A DNA stretch of 50,821 nt from an uncultured Nitrospinaceae bacterium (lineage in GTDB: Bacteria > Desulfobacterota > Desulfobacteria > Desulfobacterales > UBA11574). The notes under the pieces were generated by a model. That model saw only the letters and a list, made by a program, of their open reading frames with translations. It was not told where the DNA came from and ran no database searches. The stretch lies in NCBI GenBank assembly GCA_964195835.1, contig CAXMTB010000004.1:1-50821 (forward strand), written 5' to 3'. The translations under genes and the position numbers were made by a program. Shown here one piece after another: positions 27,472-34,916 of the stretch; position 1 is the stretch's first letter; every line of letters starts with the position of its first letter.

Positions 27472-28224
27472 ATGAACGAACTTATTTATCGGGCTGCCGG
27501 AGATCTTGTCCGGTCAAAAAACGCTGTCGCCTTAACCGGCGCCGGGATATCCGTTGAGAGCGGAATCCCCCCTTTCAGGGGGAAAGGTGGGTTGTGGGAA
27601 AGATTCGATCCCATGGAATATGCCCACATTGACGCCTTTATGAAAAATCCGGCCAAGGTCTGGGATGTTTTGATTAAAGAAATGAAAGGAATCATTGACA
27701 ATGCCAGACCCAATAACGCACATAAAGGACTGGCAAGACTCGAAAAGCTGGGAATCTTAAAAACGATAATTACCCAGAATGTCGACGGGCTTCACCAGAT
27801 GGCCGGGAATACGGATGTTATCGAGTTTCACGGAAATTTTGCATGGCAGCGATGCATGGAATGCAACAATAGATGTGAAACAACAAAAATCGACATCGAA
27901 CAAATTCCTCCCCGCTGTGAATGCGGCGGAATTTATAAACCCGAATGTATCTTTTTCGGTGAGATGATCCCACCACAGTATCTGCGACGATCTGAAATGG
28001 CCGCTTCGGCGTGTGATACCATGCTGGTCATTGGAACATCGGCAGGTGTTCAACCTGCCGCCTCTATACCCCTGATTGCAAAGCAGGCCGGTGCGAAGGT
28101 CATAGAAATCAATCTTGAAAGAACACCCCTTTCAATAGAAATCAGTGATTATATCATCGTGGGAAAGGCCGGAGAAGTTCTGAAAACCTTAACCACCGAA
28201 ATTGAGCGTCTTCTTAATATTTGA
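27472..28224 (+). CDS. cobB: NAD-dependent protein deacylase (Sir2/CobB family)
   Basis: Motifs GAGISVESGIPPFRG and TQNVDGLH, plus the Zn ribbon CMECN...CECGG. Confidence 0.9.
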   Translation: MNELIYRAAGDLVRSKNAVALTGAGISVESGIPPFRGKGGLWERFDPMEYAHIDAFMKNPAKVWDVLIKEMKGIIDNARPNNAHKGLARLEKLGILKTIITQNVDGLHQMAGNTDVIEFHGNFAWQRCMECNNRCETTKIDIEQIPPRCECGGIYKPECIFFGEMIPPQYLRRSEMAASACDTMLVIGTSAGVQPAASIPLIAKQAGAKVIEINLERTPLSIEISDYIIVGKAGEVLKTLTTEIERLLNI

Positions 28225-28329
28225 TTTTTTCAAAAAAGCTTTCAGATTTTCCGGCAACTTTCGCAAAGCATAGTGGGCCGTGAAAATTTTTTCTTGTCCG
28301 CCTCAGGCGGGAAGGCAAAATAAGATATA

Positions 28330-28645
28330 TGAGGGGTCGGGGAGTTTTTATTGTAAATCTCTATATATCAGCCTCCGGCTCGGAGAGCCTACGCCTCGGA
28401 GAGCGGAATGGATAATGTTTTTTTTAAAAGCGTGTACTGTTTGAGTGGTTTAGGGATCGTTAGAAAGAACAGACGCTTACCGAAACATTTCAACAGCAAG
28501 GAAGTGTTTATTCTAAGTTGAACCCATTGTTTTTATATTGAAATCTGTTCTTTCTTTACGATCCTTTAACCACGAGTTTACACGGTTTTAAAAAAAACAT
28601 TATCCATGGAGCGATTTAACAAATAAAAACACCCCGACCCTTGAG
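28330..28645. repeat. ~316 bp long imperfect palindrome (full family A element)
   Basis: Left arm gaggggtcggggagttttta...ggataatgttttttttaaaagcgtgtactgtttgagtggtttagggatcgttagaaagaacag. Right arm ctgttctttctttacgatcctttaaccacgagtttacacggttttaaaaaaaacattatcc...taaaaacaccccgaccc. The left arm carries an extra ctccggctcggag hairpin unit, duplicated. Confidence 0.85.
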
Positions 28646-28692
28646 ATATATACGATAACCAAACAGATTCAACAGGAAAGTAGGAGGATGTG

Positions 28693-29313
28693 ATGCTCCG
28701 GGCAGATCTTTATGAGAAAAAAATAAACGTCGAATCTTATATCTCTTCCAATGACTGCAGGGCTTGTGGATTTCACAGCCGGGAAGAGTTTTTGGAAAAA
28801 CTTCGCTCCGGAAGACTCAAACCCTCACATTGCAAGATGGCAAGGATGCGTTTCTTCTCCCTGCTCTGGGCAGTCAAACCGGATGAGATCCTGCCCGATG
28901 TAGAGGTTTTGCAGCTCCCCGCTCCAGGCCCCACGGGTCTTTTTCCCATCAATCACCCGGGAAAGGATTCACCGATTCTGGTGTCCGGCAACTCAAAAAT
29001 CACCGGTGAAGTTCTCACTGCGGTTCTTTCCACCACATTGAGTCCGTTCTGGTATCTAGTAGTGAATACGGATGGGCATACTGTAGACATGGCAATTGTC
29101 TATAAGGTTATGACCGCCGAACGGGTAATGCAGGAAATCAGCCGTGAGAATGTAGATCAAATCGCTCCTGAGTCAACCCTTTTTCTCCCCGGCTTTGCAG
29201 CAGCGATTCGGGACAATCTAACTGAGCAAAGCGGACGGCATGTCAAGGTAGGTCCGGTATGCGCCGCCGAACTTCCGCTGTTTTTCGGGGATGAAAACTG
29301 GACGGTGGCTTGA
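28693..29313 (+). CDS. Short CFeSP (AcsC/CdhE)/HgcA-like protein: Fe-S-like N-terminal motif plus corrinoid-domain-like core with a non-canonical cap region
   Basis: The N-terminus reads DCRACGFHSREEF..x..SHC (CxxCxxH...C). The core reads SPILVSGNSKITGEVL...WYLVVNTDGHTVDMAIVY...LFLPGFAA...VKVGPVCAAELPLFF. From memory, this parallels HgcA/AcsC (SPVLVTANYKLT...WLLVLDTKGINVWCAAGKG...). AGGAGG RBS. Confidence 0.45.
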   Translation: MLRADLYEKKINVESYISSNDCRACGFHSREEFLEKLRSGRLKPSHCKMARMRFFSLLWAVKPDEILPDVEVLQLPAPGPTGLFPINHPGKDSPILVSGNSKITGEVLTAVLSTTLSPFWYLVVNTDGHTVDMAIVYKVMTAERVMQEISRENVDQIAPESTLFLPGFAAAIRDNLTEQSGRHVKVGPVCAAELPLFFGDENWTVA

Positions 29314-29317
29314 AGGT

Positions 29318-30175
29318 TTATCTGACTTCAATGCAGTAAATGTGTTTTTTTTCGTAATAGACTTGATTTATGAAGTAATTCTTCGAAGGATTAAGGTCCA
29401 ATACAATTCGCAATTTTTTAGTGCCAGGGTGTAGATGTGTTCGGATCTGCCTGATCAGATTTCCCTTTACCGGGGTTCTATCACTTCCGCTCCAAGAAGA
29501 AACAGGCTTAATATCAATAACAATCCTTGGCTTATCACCTTCAAACGTCAGGATCTTTGGAACAAAAAATGTGTTTGAAGCAATAAATACATTTTCTCGA
29601 TCCTTTTTAGGTTCAAATTTGATACTTTTAATAATGATACCATTTTGCAAAATGGCTTTAATCTCATGGTCCTGTCCGGCTTTATCAGCTGGAAGAGACA
29701 CTGAGCCCAATTCCTTCGGGTTTGACCGCGGCGCCATTTTTTTGGTGATTCGGGCAGACATTACCAGTGGTTTCCACGCTTCCGAGACGATTTTCCATTT
29801 TCCGTTTGAGTTGACCATGGTCAAGGTTTTTTCCCCAACATCCGAAAACTTCGAATCGTGATACCGCTGAACGAACCTTGCCGTGGCATATTCTGCTTCG
29901 ATAAAAACCCCAAGATCGGTTATCTCCACCTGGATATCACCCGAGGTTTTAAAAAGCTTGGTCTTTTTTTGCATCCAACTCTTGTAATCAAGCCCTTCTG
30001 ATCGAAAATCCGGACTATAGAAAGACATATAACTGCTTATATCAAGGTTTTGCCAAGACTTGTGCCAAGCATATACGTTGGCACGAACGTCATCGATCTG
30101 GCCGGCTGATGCAATCCCTGCAAGACAAAACTGTACCATGCAAAAAATCTGTATCACTATCGATTTCAAGTTCAT
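29318..30175 (-). CDS. Secreted protein with an NTF2/SnoaL-like (DUF4440-like) domain and a C-terminal AMIN domain
   Basis: A signal peptide is followed by VYAWHKSWQNLD..YMSFYSPDF. The C-terminus VFIASN...PRIVIDIKP...LRIVLDLNP is typical of AMIN. Confidence 0.55.
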   Translation of the reverse strand: MNLKSIVIQIFCMVQFCLAGIASAGQIDDVRANVYAWHKSWQNLDISSYMSFYSPDFRSEGLDYKSWMQKKTKLFKTSGDIQVEITDLGVFIEAEYATARFVQRYHDSKFSDVGEKTLTMVNSNGKWKIVSEAWKPLVMSARITKKMAPRSNPKELGSVSLPADKAGQDHEIKAILQNGIIIKSIKFEPKKDRENVFIASNTFFVPKILTFEGDKPRIVIDIKPVSSWSGSDRTPVKGNLIRQIRTHLHPGTKKLRIVLDLNPSKNYFINQVYYEKKHIYCIEVR

Positions 30176-30610
30176 TATTCGATTAATTCAGTCATTGTAT
30201 TTATGCGCCGAATAAATTCTTCGTGGGTTAATCGAGATTAGAATCAACATCATCTTGAAAGGCGATGTCTCTGATTCTTTTTTCTTTTGTCATTTTAAAG
30301 GTTATGGATAATATTATGACTATCATCGGAATTGGGTGTTAGTCAAACTTTAAGTCCGTGTTCACGGGGGTTGCTTCCCCGAGTAACGATACCTGCCCGC
30401 TCGTGCCTTGCATGGCAGGCGGGTTGGCGTAGTGGCTTCGTTATTTCAATGACTTATTAGTGGGGAGACCGCGGAGGGAGCAGGAATGCCAATTAACAAA
30501 ATATGCATAAAACTAAATGGTTAACCTTTAAGGATCATCTCCAATTGAGCAGATGTGATCCAAAAGGGTACCCCGGTTAAATGGTCTACGAATTTAACAG
30601 GGCAGGCAAG

Positions 30611-30677
30611 GGGATTCAAGGATTCGAGTGAAATGCTTTAAAAACCACCGAAGGGTCCAAGGATTCAAGTGAAAAGC
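30611..30677. repeat. Tandem pair of family D repeat units (GGRTYCAAGGATTCRAGTGAAAWGC)
   Basis: gggattcaaggattcgagtgaaatgct and gggtccaaggattcaagtgaaaagc. The same unit occurs at 48335-48362, and inverted at 48502-48537. Confidence 0.75.
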
Positions 30678-30815
30678 AAAAAAATATTCAAAGAAAGGAA
30701 CCCAGATTTTGTTGGCAGGGGATTTAGATTTAATTGGAGAAGAACCACCTTTAAATTATAGGTCGATTAACGTTGACCCTGTCCGTTAAAATATTTACCT
30801 TGCTATACGCTTTTT

Positions 30816-31142
30816 TCAGTTATTTAGGAAGTCTCTTCTCCGCTCTCTGCCAGATCTGTGCTCAGGAGTGTGAATAGCATATGAAAATTCACGTCGATCA
30901 GCGCCGAAGCGCCTATCCTCGCCATCTTTAACAGACATCGCCATGTTCTCACCAAAAACCTTGTCCTTATCTGACGTTTTTAACCCCAAAGCTAAAACAA
31001 TCTTTCGTTTTGTTTCCATCCTGCATGGCTCGCCTCGCTCTATTCGTGTGATGGTGAGGGGTGAAATGTTGGCATTTCTGGAAAGCTCGGCCTTGCTTAT
31101 CATAAGAGATTCTCTTATTTCCCTAAGGTTGTTCTTACTCAT
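30816..31142 (-). CDS. XRE-family HTH protein with an Arg-rich C-terminal tail
   Basis: HTH region LMISKAELSRNANISPLTITRIERGE and tail DRRFGADRREFSYAIHTPEHRSGRERRRD. Confidence 0.7.
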   Translation of the reverse strand: MSKNNLREIRESLMISKAELSRNANISPLTITRIERGEPCRMETKRKIVLALGLKTSDKDKVFGENMAMSVKDGEDRRFGADRREFSYAIHTPEHRSGRERRRDFLNN

Positions 31143-31575
31143 TTCTTAAATCCTGTGTCATTGGTTTGATATTTTTATGTTTGGCCGGCCTGGTGGCCGC
31201 TGTAGGCCTTTCCTATAACCGGATTTATTCCCCTTGAATATTATCATTATGGTATATTGATTTTAATCTTGCAAAAACCATGCAAAAAACAGCTTTCTAT
31301 TTATAACAACAATAATATCATATACTTATACAATATACACAAACGTTCAACAGAACGAGCATTTGGCTAAATGTTTAAAATTATGAAGTAAATATCTTAA
31401 AATATATGTAAACATTTACTTAACGCAAATGCCGGTCTGTTTTTTATAACCGGCCATAACAACCGCACCTTTAATATAAATGTGTTATGGGTCATTAGAT
31501 TTTGACGATAATATTCTTTTATGTTATTTAAAGTCGTTCTGATAAGATGATTCTTAATTAATACCTCTTGATGAA

Positions 31576-33276
31576 ATGCTGAAACCAACTAAAAATACTT
31601 CTCGACACCTTGTTTTAATCGTTCTTTTGCTGATCGCTTTTCAAGCACTGTCAAACACCCAAATCTTTGCTGGTAGTACCGCTTCCATCCTCATCAAAAA
31701 TCATCTGAAAAAGAAAATCGAACTTGAAACAACCCAAAAAAGGTTGCGCTGCCGTGGAGAGTTGATCTGCGGGCTTTCACAAATTCCGCTTTTTTACCAA
31801 CGCCGAGGGTTTTTCCCTGCTTGGTGTACAGACACGGGTATGTTACCTCAAGCTGAATCTCTCATCACAGAGATCAAAGGAGCTCATGACGAGGGCCTGG
31901 AACCTAATGACTATCATCTTACCAACATTCTATCATTAATAGAAAAGATCAAAAACCAACAGGTCCTGGGAAACACGGTCAATCCTGAACTGTGGGCGGA
32001 TCTTGATTTGCTTTTAACCGATGCCTTTATGCTATATGCGTCGCATTTACTTGCCGGCCGTGTAAATCCTGAAACTATCCATACCGATTGGACGGTATCG
32101 ATCCCAACGGCCAACCTGACAAATATTCTCCAATCCGCACTCGATACGAATCAAATAAAAAAAGCGTTAATAGATTTTCGTCCTAATCATCCCGGATATT
32201 CAGCGCTCAAAACACATTTGGCGCATTACAGGAATATTGCAAAAGAGGTTCGCGAATTACCTCTGTTGGGCGGAACCCATTTGAAAAAAGGTAATAAAGG
32301 ACCATCTGTTGAAAGTCTGCGTAAACGATTGATCATCCTTGGAGATCTTTACGCTGACAATAAAGAGCAAGCTGATATTTTTGATGAAACCATTGAAGAA
32401 GCCGTTCTTAGATACCAGAAACGGCATGGATTAAAACAAGACGGTATCGTTGGACCCAGCACACTGGAAATGTTAAACACATCCCTTCAAAAAAGGATTC
32501 GTCAGATAGAACTTAACATGGAACGTTGGCGCTGGATCCCCCGCAATATTGAGAATCGATATCTTATTGTAAACATTGCTGATTTTAAATTATGGGTAAC
32601 TGAAAATCGCCGCCGTGTGCTTGACATGCGTGTTGTTGTGGGAAGACCTTATCGTCGCACACCGGTTTTCAGCGCAAAAATGACCTTCATGGTGATCAAT
32701 CCATACTGGAACATTCCGCAAAGTCTTGCCATCAAAGATGTTCTTCCAAAAATTCAGAAAAATATTCACTATATTGAACAACAGAAAATTAAAATTTTCA
32801 AAGATTGGAGTGAAAATGCGGTAGAAATAGATCCGGAAACCATCGCCTGGAATAAGATCGATCCCGAAAACTTCACTTACAAACTTCGCCAGGAGCCAGG
32901 GCCAAGAAATGTACTGGGTCGAATGAAATTTATATTTCCCAATAAGTTCGCAGTATATCTACATGATACGCCCAATCGTTCACTCTTTAAAGAAAATAAT
33001 CGTGATTTTAGTTCGGGGTGTATTCGAGTGGAAGAACCCATCAGCCTTGCCGTCTATCTTTTGCAGGATGATCCGAGTTGGACACGGGAAAGATTAATGG
33101 AAACCATTGAAAACAAAACACCTCAGATTGTCGGGCTCAAAAGACCCCTTACCGTTCATTTACAATACTGGACGGCATGGGTGAACGAAACTGGCAGACT
33201 GAGTTTTCGCCATGATGTTTACGACCGTGACAGGCCGCTGGATCGTGCCTTGAAAGAGCGACGCCCCGAGGGTTAG
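31576..33276 (+). CDS. Murein L,D-transpeptidase (YcbB/LdtD-like) with a PG-binding domain
   Basis: PG_binding_1 region LRYQKRHGLKQDGIVGPSTL and YkuD active site YLHDTP...FSSGCIRV. Confidence 0.9.
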   Translation: MLKPTKNTSRHLVLIVLLLIAFQALSNTQIFAGSTASILIKNHLKKKIELETTQKRLRCRGELICGLSQIPLFYQRRGFFPAWCTDTGMLPQAESLITEIKGAHDEGLEPNDYHLTNILSLIEKIKNQQVLGNTVNPELWADLDLLLTDAFMLYASHLLAGRVNPETIHTDWTVSIPTANLTNILQSALDTNQIKKALIDFRPNHPGYSALKTHLAHYRNIAKEVRELPLLGGTHLKKGNKGPSVESLRKRLIILGDLYADNKEQADIFDETIEEAVLRYQKRHGLKQDGIVGPSTLEMLNTSLQKRIRQIELNMERWRWIPRNIENRYLIVNIADFKLWVTENRRRVLDMRVVVGRPYRRTPVFSAKMTFMVINPYWNIPQSLAIKDVLPKIQKNIHYIEQQKIKIFKDWSENAVEIDPETIAWNKIDPENFTYKLRQEPGPRNVLGRMKFIFPNKFAVYLHDTPNRSLFKENNRDFSSGCIRVEEPISLAVYLLQDDPSWTRERLMETIENKTPQIVGLKRPLTVHLQYWTAWVNETGRLSFRHDVYDRDRPLDRALKERRPEG

Positions 33277-33332
33277 CGCAATTCTTTTAAAAAGAGATTT
33301 TTGTTATGGCAACAGCCCGTGGAGTAATAGGT

Positions 33333-33884
33333 TTACCAGTACCTTACATCACCGATATCCACATGTACAAAATCGGACCTCGAATAGTACCCTACGCCGC
33401 CGGCTTGCAGCTTCATACAGACGTTCCGCAACCATCTTGTATCATAACCGGGGATTCGGATGTCGACTGCTTCACCTTGCATGTGTAAACTATGCTTGGC
33501 AACATATTTACTTCTTTTTCGTAGAATGGCGTTTGTTTCAGGAGAACGATATCCGGAAACAATGTGGAACCGGACCGGCTGGTCAAGGGTCATCGAAATG
33601 GAATGAAGAAGATTCAGCAGTCCTTTATTGATGTGTCTAACTTCCTCCGTGCGATGATCACGGAGGATATGGTCAATTTTTGTCAGTGACTTGAACGAAT
33701 ATTGACCCTGGGCGTAATAACACACATCAAGACTTTCACGGGTGTGCGTGTTATACAAGGACAGCATACGTTTTGATCCCAATAACCGATTAATGGAGGC
33801 CATGGCCGATACGGGGAATGCGCTGCACAAAGCCGCTTGCGCCGAAATTTTTAAAAAACGTCGTCGATCTATAAACAAATTCAA
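33333..33884 (-). CDS. Peptidase M15A / DUF882 (YcbK/MepK-like murein endopeptidase) with a Tat signal
   Basis: RRRFLK twin-arginine leader, with motifs SGYRSPETN, HMQGEAVD and FVHVD. Confidence 0.85.
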   Translation of the reverse strand: MNLFIDRRRFLKISAQAALCSAFPVSAMASINRLLGSKRMLSLYNTHTRESLDVCYYAQGQYSFKSLTKIDHILRDHRTEEVRHINKGLLNLLHSISMTLDQPVRFHIVSGYRSPETNAILRKRSKYVAKHSLHMQGEAVDIRIPGYDTRWLRNVCMKLQAGGVGYYSRSDFVHVDIGDVRYW

Positions 33885-34076
33885 AGTTTTATTTTTGCTC
33901 CTAAAATATTTGCCCGTCTATTAAAACAAGCATGATGTAAATTCAACTTCTTTTTTCCAGAACCCAAAATACGCACAAAATATGCCAGTCTGAATGAAGA
34001 TTTGAAAATCATCCCGGATCACGGTTAAATCCGCTCTGTACGAATCGTAAAAACGGATCGGCGGCTTTAAAGAATA

Positions 34077-34916
34077 TTATTGTTTTATCTTTTTCTCTCT
34101 ATACTGAAGATAAGAGTTCCGCATTGCGACGTAAGGATCTACGGACGCTTCTTTTAATGCTTCATACTCACCGATATGAAAAGAGGTTCGATTGACGAGG
34201 TTAAACCCTCTGACAGCCAATCCCGCCTCAACAGGATCAATATAAGTGAGCGGATTTAAATATGCGTCACCTACCGATCCTATAAAATCACGCAGTGTTG
34301 AAGGTCCCAGAATCGGCCATACAAGGAAAAATCCATTGCCGATGCCATATTTAGCGAATGTTTGGCCAAGATCTTCATCATCGGAAAGATTAAGTTCGGG
34401 ATGTTGACTTGCCGGATCTCCTAATCCAAGGACACCGATTGTGGTGTTTACAACAAACCTGGTAAATTCAGATGCGGCAGCATTCCCTTTGCCCTGAAGA
34501 ATACAGTTGACAAATCGCGCCGGCATCATCAGGTTATAGAAAAAATTTCTCACACCGGTCCTGAAAATATCCGGAGTAATCGCCGTGTACCCTCTTGCCA
34601 GAGGTTTGAGCAACCAGAAATATAGCTTGTCATTGAAATGGTACATTCCCTTATTCCAGATATACAAAGGATCTGCCACCTCCAATTGATTCGTTTCAAA
34701 CTCTTCTTCAAAAAGCCCGTTTTCAAAATTATCTTCAACATCCGGATTTTGAGATATCTCTTCTATCTTGTCTTCTGTTGTCGTTCTGTTTTTATCGAGC
34801 GCGGCATTGTTGGTTGTTTCATGTAAGGAGTTCAGAGGTTTGTGAGCACAACCGGTGGATAAAAAAGCAAAAAACAAGAGAATCAGTAGCAAGTGGCTGA
34901 ACAGTTTTTTGCTCAT
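34077..34916 (-). CDS. mlaA: MlaA/VacJ family outer-membrane lipoprotein
   Basis: Lipobox LSTGC and motif DPLYIWNKGMYHFND..Y....KPLARGY. Its start overlaps the RND gene stop (ATGA). Confidence 0.85.
   Translation of the reverse strand: MSKKLFSHLLLILLFFAFLSTGCAHKPLNSLHETTNNAALDKNRTTTEDKIEEISQNPDVEDNFENGLFEEEFETNQLEVADPLYIWNKGMYHFNDKLYFWLLKPLARGYTAITPDIFRTGVRNFFYNLMMPARFVNCILQGKGNAAASEFTRFVVNTTIGVLGLGDPASQHPELNLSDDEDLGQTFAKYGIGNGFFLVWPILGPSTLRDFIGSVGDAYLNPLTYIDPVEAGLAVRGFNLVNRTSFHIGEYEALKEASVDPYVAMRNSYLQYREKKIKQ

Noticed and set aside
34913-34916. Overlaps between adjacent genes (RND/mlaA ATGA; vapB/vapC; etfB/etfA at 49544) considered as frameshift or pseudogene signals.
   Set aside because: These are standard 1-4 nt stop/start overlaps indicating translational coupling. 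Both partners are full length.
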